In this document: positions 12,150-25,340 of the stretch, in pieces
Layout of the letters: every line of letters starts with the position of its first letter
How positions within the stretch are numbered: the first letter of the stretch is position 1
Notes under the pieces: generated by a model
Told to the model about the DNA's origin: nothing
The model's database searches: none
Seen by the model: the letters and a program-made list of their open reading frames with translations, nothing else
NCBI GenBank assembly: GCA_043228905.1
Contig: JBHGNT010000016.1
Span: 16,926,001 to 16,990,000 of the forward strand
DNA length: 64,000 nucleotides
DNA from: Azolla caroliniana
Taxonomy: Eukaryota > Plantae > Polypodiophyta
Direction: 5' to 3'
Position numbers and translations under genes: made by a program

Positions 12150-15100
12150 TTCACTCCGGCATGGGATGTCTGTTTAGTCCAATTCGCTTCCGGCATGCGT
12201 CCAGGTTGTTGGATGTCAGCACCTTGGTCAGCATATCTGACCCATTCTCCTCCGTGTGGATCTTCGTTAGCGCGAACTCTCGATCTTCCACTCGCTCCTG
12301 GTTCCAATGGTACCTCCGCTAGATGTGCTTCATCAAGGAATGATACACTGCGTTCTTCGGAAGGTGGATGGCACTTTTACCGTCGCAAAAGAGCCGGCAT
12401 TCCTCTTGTCGGATCCCTAGCTCTTCCATGAAGTCCTTCATCCATAGTATTTTCTTGCCAGCTTCCACAGCCGCCATGTACTCCGCCTCTGTGGTTGACA
12501 ACGCAACCGTCTTCTACAGCCTCGACTGCCACGAAACAACTCCCCCTGCATATGTCATAACATATCCTAATGTTGAACAGCTAGTATCCGCACCAATCGA
12601 CATATCCAAATCGGTGAAACCGTCAGGTTGGGATTTACCAGAGCCGAATCGGAGGCACATACTCAAAGTGCCCTTCAAATACTGAAGTATCCATTTTACC
12701 ACATTCCAGTGCTCCTTGCCAGGATTGCTCATAAACAGGCTCACCACTTCGACTGCGTATCCGATATCTGGTCGGGTACACACCATTGCGTACATTAAGC
12801 TCCCGACAGCAGAGGCATATGGTATTTTCATCATATTCGCCTTCTCTACCTTCTGTCTTCGGACTTTGCTTACCGGATAACCTACAGTTTGCAGGGAGTG
12901 TCGATCCGACCGCTTTTGCATCTGACATGTTGAACCGCTGAAGCACCTTTGTCACGTATTTCTCCTGTGACAGCCACAATTGCTTCTTTGACCGGTTCCG
13001 GATGATATGCATCCCTAGTATCTGTCTTGCCGGACCCAAGCCTTTCATTGAGAAGGTCCGGTTCATAGCCTTCTTCAGCATCCATATCTTTACTTGGTCT
13101 CGTCCGACGATCAACATGTCGTCCACGTACAGGAGGAGTATCAGGAAGTCTCCACCTTCGAACTTCTTCACAAATACGCAGTGATTGGCCTGCGTCTTGT
13201 GCTACCGTTGATCGGTCATGAAGGAGTCGAACTTTCGGTAGCATTGCCAGGGAGCCTGCTTCAAACCGTAGAGGCTCTTCTTCAACCGGAAAACCAGGTG
13301 TACCTTCCCTTTCTTCACAAATCCCTCCGGTTGCTCCATGTAGATCTCCTCTTCGAGGTCGTCGTGGAGGAATGCCATCTTCACGTCTAACTGCTCTACC
13401 TTCAGGTCCATGGTTGCCGCTATGCTCAGCACCGTTCGGATGGAAGTCATCCTTACTACCGGGGCAAATATCTCGTCGAAGTCCATACCCTTCTTCTACT
13501 GGAACCCCTTCACCACGATCCTGGCTTTGTATCTTGAGGGGGTTACTGGCATCTCCCGGTTTCAGCTTGTACACCCATTTGTCTCGAAGTGCCCACTTTC
13601 CTTTTGGCAACTCCATCAATTCATACGTGTGGTTCTCATGCAGGGAATCCATCCCGTTTTGCGTGGCATTTAACCACTTGCGGCTATGGGTGTCCACCCT
13701 CGCTTCTTCGAAGCTCTCCAGCTCCCCCTCATCGGTTAGCAACACATGCTCTGCATCCGGAAATCTTCGGGGGGCTCTTCTCTCTTGGAGAGGGTATCTC
13801 CGACTTCAGTTTTCGGTAACCGGCTCCTGCATCTGTTCTTCATCCGAATCCGATTCGGGATCTTGGCCGGCTCCGGTTCCTACTTCCTCTTCTTCTTCTG
13901 CCGGTTCGGTGTCCTCTCCGTAACCGGCCGGTTCTTCGAGTGTTAACCGGCTCTTTGCCGGTTGGGTTTGTATCTCATCAAATCGGTCCTTTCCGGTCAA
14001 CTCGGAGTTCATTATCTTCTTCTCCGACTCCCAGTCGGCAAGAGTCTTGTCCTCCATGAAGATAATATCTCGACTCCGGAACACCTACTTGTCGACGAGG
14101 TTCCACACTCGGTAGCCGAACTCGTCGTCGTCGTATTTGAGGAATATGCAAGGTTGGGACTTTGGATCCAACTTTTCTCTTTGGAACTTTGCCACATGCA
14201 CGTAAGCGAGACACCCGAACACCTTCAGGTGCCGGTAAGACAGTTCGTTACCGGTGCATAGTCTTTGTGGTGTGTCTCCGTCCAAGGGCACTAAGGGTGA
14301 TTTGTTTATTACATACATCGATGTCGACAGCGCCTCAGCCCAAAACTTCTTGGGTAACTTGGCATGTGCTAGCATACTCCAGACCCTCTCCATTGGTTCA
14401 TGCTCTCAGCCAGCCCATTGAGTTCTGGCATCTTTGGCACGGTAAATTCGAGCCGGATTCCCTTCGAGCGGCAATACTCCTCGAACTACCCCCGGTATTC
14501 TCCTCCGTTGTCTGCTCGAACCACCTTCAACTTCCGGCCAGTTTCTCTTTCCACTCTCACGTGGAGCTCCTTGAAGACGTATAACACCTGATCCTTCTTC
14601 TTCAGCGGTGTGGCCCACAGCTTCCGGCTGTGGTCATCTATGAATGTCACGAAGTATTGCGATTCGCCATGTGACTTCGTGTCCACATGACACACATCAA
14701 TATGTACCAACTCCAATTGTGCATTTCATCTCATCGGTGTCCTTGATCGGAAGGAGGTCCGGTTCTGCTTACCAGCCAGGCAGTCGGTGCACTTCTCAAG
14801 TTACTCGTGCTTCACCAGAATGAGGTTGTTGTCGGCAAGCCTCCTCATCCCCTTCTCGCTCATGTGACACAGTCTCTTGTGCCACAATTCACCGGCAGTG
14901 TCGGATGCAACGTTCACTTCTTCTAGGCATAACCGGGCATTCATCAGGTACAATGTGTTGACCTTCGGGGTCCGAGCCACTATCAGGCTCCCCTCGTTGA
15001 ACTTCATGACACCGTTCCGGATGCTAACCATGTAGCCTTCATCATCTAGCCGACCGACTGATATCAGCTTCAATCGAACCTCCGGAATGTGTCGGACATC

Positions 15101-15207
15101 CTTCAGTAGCAACTTGCATCCAGTTGTGTTGTTAGTCACACGTCTCCTATGCCGACAATTCGACATGTACCTTCATTCCCCATCCGAACACAACCGTGCT
15201 CACCAGC
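12150..15207 (-). pseudogene. Copia-B pol (integrase, RT, RNase H), many stops and frameshifts
   Basis: LWHKRLCH, RADNGGEY, LLLYVDDML and STTEAEY fragments, collinear with Copia-A. Confidence 0.9.
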
Positions 15208-15662
15208 TATTAGTGATCTAGGTATTAAAGTAAGCTTAAGATAAGGATAAACAAATGATAGATAGAAAGGAGAAAGAGAAATAAGGGTGCCGATCCACCC
15301 GACCACCCCCGAGTGAAGGGATCGAGACGGACTCGAGCCTCGATCGGCGTCCCATACCACCGCCGTGGCGTCAAGTCGTACCTGGTGCTGGCGTGCTCGC
15401 TAGAAGAGTTGACCCACCACTAGAGCAGAGTCTCGATGTAGTCAAAAGATGATCAAATGAGGGTAGCTAGGCCTCTTATTTATATCGATACCCAAGGCCC
15501 CCAGGCAAGTTCACACTTGACCTAATGGGTTGTCTCAATCCCGAGGATTAAAAGTAATCCTCCCCTTCTTTACAGTCTCGTTTAACCCTCACACTTATCC
15601 ACGTGTATAGAATACTATGGTAAATTCTCACCACGGGATATTAAATGGTCAGGCCCGTAACA
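15208..15662 (-). repeat. 3' LTR of the iMet chromovirus
   Basis: Direct repeat of 27227-27681. Confidence 0.94.
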
Positions 15663-16153
15663 TACTCCCCTTCTTTAAAACATTGCACTCTTGCAATGGA
15701 AAGTTAGGGAAGTTTGTTCTTAGAGTATTCTCGCGTTCCCATGTGGCATCTTTGATAGATTTGTCCATCCATTTAATTTTAAATTCTCGGATTTCTTGAG
15801 TACGTAAGTTTTTTGTTTTAACATCGAGAATTCTTTCTGGTACATGTGGTTTCGAAGATAAATCTTCAGAAGTAACCAGAGCTTCAGTTGTAACTGTGTT
15901 GTCGCCAGAACCTAGAAGTTCTTTTAGACGACTCACATCGAAGACTAGACGAATTCCAACACCATTGGGAAGAGCGAGACAATAGGCTGATGACCTAGTG
16001 CGTTTGAGGAATGTAAAAGGTCCACAAAACCGTGGGGCTAACATAGCGCACTTACCCGTAGACAATGTCTTAGAATTGTGAGGTACAGGTAGAAATACCT
16101 TCTGTCCAAGGTTGAATACACGAGGTTGCCTATGATGGTCGGCATAAAAATGC
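15649..16153 (-). pseudogene. Integrase C-terminus and chromodomain of the iMet chromovirus
   Basis: LAPRFCGPF (GPF/Y motif) and PERILDVK...FKIKW...DATWERE. Confidence 0.88.
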
Positions 16154-16453
16154 TGTCGTAGTGTATTTCGTACACTACGTGAAAAAGTAAAAATAATATA
16201 ACCGATTTAATTACATATAAATAAATAAAATAAGAATATCAAAATATTTATCACGTGCATAGGGCAAGATTCGAACCCTATACCTCCACGTAGCCAAACC
16301 TCAACTTTACCATTATACTACCTTATCTTTAGTATTTTATAAATAGATTTAATAACTATAAGTGCTTTATTTGCGCCTACCTTTATTAAAAGGTAAATCA
16401 TGCATTTTTAGAGTGCATGAATATTTTATAGAAAAACGCAAGCAACTAAACTA

Positions 16454-17221
16454 TGTCGTGCCTTTCGGCGCCGGATCGTTGCGTGAGTCGGGTGGGAACC
16501 ACTGAGGTTTTGGACTAGGAGAAAGAAGAATATGAGATGAGGCTAGTAATGAATAGATTATTAGAAAGAGAGATAGAAATTTCGTGAATCCCACGAGTGT
16601 ATTGTATTCGATTAATCAATATTTAGATAAGAATATGTATTTAGATTGAAAGAAAGATATAAGAAACTTGTGAATCCCACAAGTATAGATTATATTATTT
16701 TCGTGAATCCCACGATTATATTAATCGGTTGGTGTTTTCGGAAATATATCCAATTTCCAAATATTTCACACACCTATTACATTGTGCTCCCCATCCTTAT
16801 GTAGTGATGAGGGAGTCCATGCTTCTTCTTTTTTTCTAACTATAGACTCCATGCTTTTCCTATAGATAGACTATATGCTTTATCTAAAGTGATCATGCTT
16901 TTTCTAACTTGTGCGTTTTTTATCAACTATAGCGTTCATGCACGCTAGATGTGCATGCGTAGCTTTTTCTTTTAGCATGCGTTTTCTTTTAACTAAAGTT
17001 TATCCTAGGTGAACTAAGCTTTCTATGTGGAACATCTATTTTTGAACACTAATGAAATGCTAGTGTAATGGTAAGACATTACATTATTAACATGGAGGTG
17101 CAAGGTTCGAATCTTGCCCTATGCATGTTATATATATTTTAATATTTTCTACTATTTATTCATATTTATTAAATCGGTACTTTATAAGTTTTTCACGTAG
17201 TGTACGAAATACACTACGACA
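16454..17221 (-). repeat. Inverted complete LTR of a related subfamily
   Basis: Begins with the reverse complement of the LTR 3' end (TGTCGTGCCTTTCGG) and ends with the reverse complement of the LTR 5' end (TACACTACGACA). Confidence 0.88.
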
Positions 17222-19062
17222 CTCGCCGGATCGTGACCGAATTTGCGGAAGCTTTTGCCGGTCGTGCGATATACTCCATCAGAGACCTATACTCGGGGTA
17301 TGACCAATTCCAACTAGCCTTGGAGAGCCGAGACATCACAACCATGCGAACACCGATAGGATTAGTCGAAATGTGCACACTACCACAAGGAGCGACAAAC
17401 TCGGTTGCTCATATGATGAACGCGATGAACAAGGTGCTTCGAGACTGCATTCCGGAGATAACGATGTCGTTCCTCGATGACATTCCGATGAAAGGACGCG
17501 CGGTAGAAGAAAAAGATGAGACTATGGATGATCGGGGATGCCGAAAGTTCATGGTCGACCATATTCATGATTGCGAGAAAGTGTTGCGAAAGCTAGAAGA
17601 TGTGCACCTAACACTTTCCGGGGAGAAATCGGCATTCGGGCAAGAAGAAATATTGGTGGTCGGACATCTATGTGGGCCCTACGGCCGAAGACCGTCACCA
17701 ACAAAGATCGATGCGATTCAAGCTATGGAGGAAATATGCGAGTCAACATCCGAAGTCCGAAGGTTTCTCGGTGCATGTGCATTCTATCACATATGGATTC
17801 CGCACTATGCACATATAGTGGACCCGCTCTACCACTTGTTGCGGAAAGGTTAGAAATTCGAATGGAAACCGGAACACACCAAAGCCATGAAAAAATTGAA
17901 GAAGACACTTCGGAGGGCGGAAGCACTTAAGAAGCCGAGCTACGACCGACCGATCATAGTAACGGTTGATACAAGTCCAACCGGTATCGGGTGGGTCATC
18001 AATCAAGCCGACTCGGATGGTTCACGGTATCCGATCCGATTCGGAGCAAAGGTTCTCAACGAAAGGCAACGTGGATATGCACAAGTCAAAAGAGAACTGT
18101 GGGGAGTCGTGTCGGTGATAAAATCGGATCGGGATTATTTGATCGGAGCCGAAGTGGTGATCCAGACGGATTGTCTTCCGATACTCGGGATGATGCGGTG
18201 TTGTACGATACCGGATGTAGCTATGCTAAGGTGGGTTGCATATGTCAAGTCGCTTAATCCGGAGGTTCGACACATCTCGGGGAAGGACAACGCGGTAGCG
18301 GATATGTTATCAAGGGCTCGGTTCGGAGACGACATAACCGAATCGGATAATGAAGAAGTTTCCGAAGACTACTTCGCGTCGGAGCACATATGCCGAGTGA
18401 ACGTAATCCGAGAATTCCGGGAAGAAGAATACGAGGGAGAAAGTTTGATGATCAGAAAGATGTTACAAGAGGCCGAGGACTCAACAAACGATAAAGGAAG
18501 AAGAGCCGAGATCCGAAGGAAGAAGAGGCAAGTCCAAAAGTTCTTCTTGGAAAACGGATTAATATGGAGGGCGCCGGAAAGACCGGATGGTATACCACTT
18601 CGAGTAGTCGGGACAAAAGAGCAACGAAACCGGATAATGTCTGAGTTTCACGAATCCAATTGGGGTGGACACCGAGGAACATGGGCAACATTTGTGAAGA
18701 TCAAGCAAAAATATTGGTGGAAGAAAATGTACAAAGATGTCGCGGAGTTCACGGAAAGCTGCGAGAAATGTCAAGTCTACTCCGGGGTTCGACATCGAGA
18801 TGAGTTACATCCGACATTCTCACCAACAATCAACTTCAAGTGGATGGTCGACATAGTGGCCATGCCGATCGGGATCGGACAAAAGAAATACTTGGTATTA
18901 GCTTGGGAAGATCTCACGAATCAAGTAGAAGGTCGAGCGCTTCAAAGGAAAACGTGTTTCGCGGTATGCCAATTTCTTTTGGAGGAAGTATTTTGCAGGT
19001 ACGGGTGCGTAGGGCAAGTGATTGCAGATCGGGGAGAACTCGACTCGGACAAAGCTAGGGGT
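17222..19062 (+). pseudogene. Partial pol (RT, RNase H, integrase N-terminal half)
   Basis: DLYSGYDQF, LPQGATNS, FLDD, VTVDTSPTGIG, HHCC and VIADRGEL. One stop at 17851-17853. Truncated at both ends. Confidence 0.92.
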
Positions 19063-19649
19063 TTCTGCACCTCCACGTAGATAAACCCCAACTTTACCAT
19101 TGTAATAACTTATCTTTAGTGTTATACATATAGATTTAATACGTATAAGACCTTTATTTACACATACCTTTATTAAAAGGTAAAAATCATGTATTCTTTA
19201 GAGTGTGAATATTTTATTTACACGTGACATTAAAAGTGACTCATGCACATCTAGCGTGCATGAGCCCTATATTTAGGAAATGACAAAACATCACATGCAC
19301 ATTTAGTGTGCATGGACACTTTAGGTGAAAAAGCATGAAGCCATGCTTAGCCTCTTCCATCTTTATATAAAGAGGAGAGAAATATGTATAAGGTTGTTGA
19401 TTAATATACAAGGATTGATCAATCTAATATATTCGTGGGATTCACGAATTTTGCCATCAAAATTACTCTTATAATCTAAATATTGTTTTAAATACACTAA
19501 ACTCATGGGATTCACGAGATTGTTATCTTACTTCTCTTTCCACTATTCATAACTAGCCTTAATTTGTATTTCTCTTCCTCCTAGTCAAAAACCTCGGCGG
19601 TTCTCACCCGACTCACGTAACAATCTGGAGCCGAAAGGCACGACACAGT

Positions 19650-19664
19650 TGGTGAACCCGACGT
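19650..19664 (+). promoter_or_regulatory. Primer binding site for tRNA-Trp
   Basis: TGGTGAACCCGACGT, 4 nt after the LTR end at 19645. It is complementary to the plant tRNA-Trp 3' end ...ACGTCGGGTTCACCA (recalled, not searched). Confidence 0.8.
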
Positions 19665-20983
19665 AGTCAAAAACCTCCTAGCCTTAATTTGTATTCCTCT
19701 TCCTCCTAGTCAAAAACCTCGGCGGTTCTCACTCGACTCACGTAACGATCCGGAGCCGAAAGGCACGACACAGTTGGTGATATAGTGATGGGAGAGATTG
19801 AGCATAGCTACATGCTTTTTTCTAATATGTTCATGCACACTAAATGTGCATGTGATGCTTTTCTAATCCTTGCTTTTATTTGCTAAATATACTGCTCATG
19901 CACGCTAGATGTGCATGAGTCACTTTTTTAGTTGCTTGCGTTTTTCTGTAAAATATTCACGCACTCTAAAAATGCATGATTTACCTTTTAATAAAGGTAG
20001 GCGCAAATAAAGCACCTATAGTTATTAAATCTATTTATAGAATACTAAAGATAAGGCAACATAATGGTAAAGTTGAGGTTTGGCTATGTGGAGGTATAGG
20101 GTTCGAATCTTGCCCTATGCACGTGATAAATATTTTGATATTCTTATTTTATTTATTTATATGTAATTAAATCGGTTATATTATTTTTACTTTTTCACGT
20201 AGTGTACGAAATACACTACGGCACTCGCCCCCTCCGAACCCGCACATCCTCCGGTATGTGCCGAAGTCTTCTGATACTCGGGATGATGTGGTGTTGTACG
20301 ATACCGGATGTAGCTATGCTAAGGTGGGTTGCATATGTCAAGTCGCTTAATCCGGAGGTTCGACACATCTCGGGGAAGGACAACGCGGTAGCGGATATGT
20401 TATCAAGGGCTCGGTTCGGAGATTGCATAACCGAATCGGATAATGAAGAAGTTTCCGAAGACTACTTTGCGTCGGAGCACATATGACGAGTGAACGTAAT
20501 CCGAGATCCGGAAAGAAGCTAATCCGACTCAACCGGAGGTTGGACCGGTCGAGGCTGGTGAAAACGAGGAAAAGAAAGCCAACCAAAACCGAAACCGGTA
20601 GATCGAAACCAGGCCGAAAGGAGACCGACTCAATCGAAACCGAACAACCGATCCCGATTCGGCCGAATACGAATCCGATCGGAAGCCGATCAAACCGAAA
20701 GTCAATCGGACGAGAGCGATCCGGAAAAAAGTCAAGGTTGATGAAGACAAGAAAGAGGCCAGTAAAAGACACTACCACGAATGACAAGGGCCAAGAATAT
20801 GACGAGAGAGAACAAAGAATATGGTGGATCGGATGACGACAATGGTTCGGGTGGAAAGAACGGGTCTACTCAAAAGGGAGAGACAAAGTTGACATAGCGG
20901 GACAAACGGAGGATGAAGGGGAGACAACGAGCATCGGCAACTTCGGCACATACCGGAGGATGTGCGGGTTCGGAGGGGGCGAG

Positions 20984-21704
20984 TGTCGTAGTGTATTTCG
21001 TACACTACGTGAAAAAGTAAAAATAATATAACCGATTTAATTACATATAAATAAATAAAATAAGAATATCAAAATATTTATCACGTGCGTAGGGCAAGAT
21101 TCGAACCCTATACCTCCACGTAGCCAAACCTCAACTTTACCATTATGCTACCTTATCTTTAGTATTTTATAAATAGATTTAATAACTATAAGTGCTTTAT
21201 TTGCGCCTACCTTTATTAAAAGGTAAATCATGCATTTTTAGAGTGCGTGAATATTTTATAGAAAAACGCAAGCAATGGAAAAAGTGACTCATGCACATCT
21301 AGCGTGCATGAGCACTATATTTAGCAAATAAAAGCAAGGATTAGAAAAGCATCACATGCACATTTAGTGTGCATCAACATATTAGAAAAAAGCATGTAGC
21401 TATGCTCAGTCTCTCCCATCACTATATAAGGATGGGGAGCACATTGTATTTTTTGTTGATTTTTTTCTATAATGATAAATCAATCTAAAATATTCGTGGG
21501 ATTCACGAATTTGCTAAAATAATTCTCTCTTACTACCTAAATATTGACTAAATAATTAAACTCGTGGGATTCACAAGATTCTTATCTTATAACTCTTTAT
21601 ACCTATTCTTTACTAGCCTTATTTGTATTTTTCTTCCTCCTAGTCCAAAACCTCGGCAGTTCCCACCTGACTCACGCAACGATCCGGAGCCGAAAGGCAC
21701 GACA
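20984..21704 (+). repeat. 3' LTR (721 bp) of the Trp-primed Gypsy element
   Basis: TG...CA ends, preceding PPT, TATATAAG near 21424. The 5' part is nearly identical to 16154-16445. Confidence 0.92.
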
Positions 21705-24380
21705 ACGCGCTCTATCTCGAGCTGTTTTTATATTATCTCGTGCAATATGCAACATATCTTGCATATCCCGAAGAAAGTTTTGCGTACTTCCAACTCATCA
21801 TGATGTATATTAACATCAATCGGGGCTTGTGGCTGAAAACCATATATCAACATAAAAGGACTATATCCCGTCGACGTATGCTTGGAGCTGTTATAAGAAA
21901 ACTCCAAATTTGGGAGATAACGTTCCCATTTTGTTGGTTCTGCACGAACGTATGCTCAAAGCATGTCCTCAATAATTTGATTTACTCGTTCTGTTTGTCC
22001 ATCGGATTGAGGATGATCCGTGGAGCTCATGGTCAACGTAGTTTCTAACTTCTTAAAGACTTGTGTCCAAAAGTCACTAGTAAACTTTGGATCTCGATCA
22101 CTCACGATATCCATCAATAACCCATAAAAACGAAATAACTCGTCCACGAATTGGTAAGCCAATTCAGGAGCTGTTACCGTGGTTTTAGTAGCAATAAATC
22201 TAGCCATTTTAGTTAGTCGATCAATGACAACCCAGATGGCATCATGACCTTTTTGGGTGCGAGGAAGGCTAACAATAAAATCCATGGATATAATTTCCCA
22301 CTTATTATTGGGAATGTCCAAGGGATGTAAAAGTCCTGCGGCTTTAAGTCGGTCGGCTTTGTTAACCTGACATTGGTGACATTTAGTCACATAGCTATGT
22401 ATGTCAGGGGGCATCATAGGCCAATAAAATTGAGTGGAGATGAGAACGAGTGTACGATGTATTCCAAGGTGCCCTGCTGAGGGTGCATCATGGCATTAAA
22501 AAAGAATCCTCTTTTTTACCTCAGGTAAATCTGGAACACAAACCTTCCCATTACGGTAGAGCAGACCGTTAGTAATGTGGAAGTATTCCTTCGAGGATGT
22601 GGTGGTGTCTGTTCCTAACTCAACTCTTGCCCAATATTTTGCAAAATAACTGTCATCAGGATACTTTCCTCGAAGGTGATCATAAAGATCTGATGTTATT
22701 TCAGTGAAGTTAAGCATATTAACTTCACGGATGCGACTTAGTGCATCAGCGACATTGTTCATGGAACCTTTATGATATCGTATGGAAAAATCAAAAGTCC
22801 TGGATGAGAACAGCCCATCGTGCCTTACGACCTTTCAAGTCTTGTTGGTCACAAAAATATTTCAAGGACTCGTGGTCCTTAGTTACCACAAAGCGATTTC
22901 CATAAAGATAATGGCGCCATGTTTTTAGTGCATGTATAATTGCAAATAATTCCTTTTCTTGAACGGTATACCGACATTGAGCAAAATCAAGTTTCTTACT
23001 CTCGAATGCTATTGGTTTACCATCTTGATATAAGACAACACCTATAGCATAATCGCTTGCATCGGTTTCAACCTCAAAAGGTTTTGAAGGATCAGGTAAA
23101 AGAAATGAAGGAGCCTTGCAAACCAGGTCCTTGAGTTCCTTAAAGGCGAGGTCTAGTGTAGCATTCCACCCAATAGGTTTTGTAGACTTACGCGTTTGAC
23201 CTTTTAAAAGATCAATAAACGGCGTCGTCATTTGGGAGTAATTACGAAGAGACTTTTGCAAAAACCCAACAAAACCAAGGGATGATCGAACTTCTCGAAT
23301 ACTCCGAAGAGTGGACCAAAGCTTGATTTTCTCAATGCGAGAAGGATCAATTTCAACTCCTAGTTCGGTTATGAGATGTCCTAGATAAGTAATTGATTTC
23401 TTGAAGAAATCACATTTTGAGATCTTCGCATAAAACTGTTTGTCACGCAATGTTTGTAAAACAAAGCGGACATGTCTAGCATATGAATTCTTGATCGTCA
23501 CTTTATTCAAACGTCGGTAATTAATACACATACGCCATGTGCCCTCTTTCTTTTTTACGAAGAGAACTGGTGCACCCCATGGAGATTTACTATAACGTAT
23601 ATAACCCATTCGTAAATAGTCCTTGAGTTGCTTAGATACCTCATCCTCTTCGGATCGACTTAAGCAATAAGGAGGTATACTTATTGGTGCAACATTAGGT
23701 ACAATATCTATACGATGGTCTATATTACATTTAGGAGGTAAGCCATCTGGTAGTTCACTCGGAAAAACATCACGAAAATCATTTAAGATTTCATCAAGTT
23801 GTTGTTGTTCAAAATATGTTAATTGAACCGAGACATTATCGATATTATAAACGTGAATGTCTGGATTGGGTACACAATAAAATAGAGTAGACCAAAACAA
23901 CTCGGATATTGATGGACACGACGAAACAATCGAGAGGGATTGTTTTTTTACACATTGAATAAAATGAGTACAATCGTTCAGTACAAAAGAAATTAAATGG
24001 CGAACCCAATTAATAAATAAAGAAGAGTTTTTATTATAAAACCAAGGATAACCCAGTATTACATCGGTGGTACAAAGATTCATTACATGGAAGTCTACTT
24101 CCTCTATATAAGTATCAATAGAAATTCCTAATGAATGGATCGCTCCGTTGATGTATTGTACTCTTCCATCAGCCAAGTGCACCGTGTAGGTGTGATCACT
24201 TATGGTGGGTTGGATTCCCCATATCTGAACCAAATGATCATTCACAAAATTGTGTGAGCTTCCCGAATCAAATAAAAATTGTACAGGAGATCCATCGATA
24301 TACCCGTTTGCACGTAGTAAATCATTGGGACCCAATACACAGTGAGGGAAAGAACATTGACAATTACTTAAATGATGTGT
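21705..24380 (-). pseudogene. iMet chromovirus pol (protease, internally deleted RT, RNase H, integrase)
   Basis: FLFDSGSSHNF, SPWGAPVLFV, VETDASDYAIG, ISMDFIV and DGQTER. The RT YxDD region is absent. Confidence 0.9.
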
Positions 24381-24426
24381 ATAGACTTGAAGGACATTAG
24401 GAATCTGACCTTGATGGTCTGCAACT

Positions 24427-25340
24427 TTAGCTTTGTTGTCGTGCTCTTTCCGTTGGAGCTTTCGACATTGATCTTTTGCAGAATATGCAAAAAGGATGTT
24501 GTCGCTTATAATCGCGATCCATGAATTCGTTGGGTGTCTTGTGTTTCCCAACGAATTGCAATTGCTTAGTCCCGGGCGCTTTGTTGGGTTTGTTGTGGTC
24601 CTTCTTCGAAGTGCGTTGATAGCAAAGAACTATTTCAACGGTCTCTTCGAAGGATTTTGGATCCTTATCGTGCACTATCCAGTGATAGTCCGAATTGGGG
24701 ATGCCATTGACAAAACAAGCTATCAACCAATTGTCCCCTTCTAGACCCGATTTTTGGATTTGGGTTCTAGCATGGTGAACATAGTCTTCTAGTGAGGAAA
24801 ATTTCCTACTAGAGAGGTTCATTAAAGCTTGTGCTGCCTCGGTTCGAGAGGGAGGTTGCAGAAATTGGCCCTTAAAAACCGTGACAAAATCTATCCAGGT
24901 ATCGGGCAATTTCCCCATAGTACGGAGCCCACGCCACCAGGCGGCGGCCTTACCCCTGAGTTCTCGGCCGACATATGCAATCTTCGTATTATCTGGCGTG
25001 GGATAGAGCTCAAAATGAGACTCCCATCGTCCTAGCCATGTGCAAATTGCTTCTTCGGTTCTTTCCTTTTTGTCTCCCGTAAATGGCTTAATGACAAATT
25101 GGCCCTTAAAAACCATGACAAAATCTGTCCAGGTATTGGGCAATTTCCCCATAGTACGGAGCCCACGCCACCAGGCGGCGGCCTTACCCCTAAGTTCTCG
25201 GCCGACATATGCAATCTTCGTACTATCTGGCGTGGGATAGAGCTCAAAATGAGACTCCCATCGTCCTAGCCATGTGCAGATTGCTTCTTCGGTTCTTTCC
25301 TTTTTGTCTCCCGTAAATGGCTTAACGACAAATGATGGTT
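24427..25340 (-). pseudogene. iMet chromovirus gag with an in-frame 234-bp tandem duplication
   Basis: LRGKAAAWW gag motif. 24866-25099 is repeated at 25100-25333. Confidence 0.85.

Larger units (their letters stand above)
16154..21704 (+). mobile_element. Rearranged non-chromovirus Ty3/Gypsy element (tRNA-Trp PBS, Phygy/Selgy-like), inserted in the chromovirus integrase
   Basis: Outer ends TGTCGTAG...GCACGACA. A 4-bp target duplication ATGC/ACGC restores the host frame DRARFYAD. Complete 3' LTR at 20984-21704 preceded by PPT GGAGGGGGCGAG. Internal LTR pieces occur in both orientations. Confidence 0.85.
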
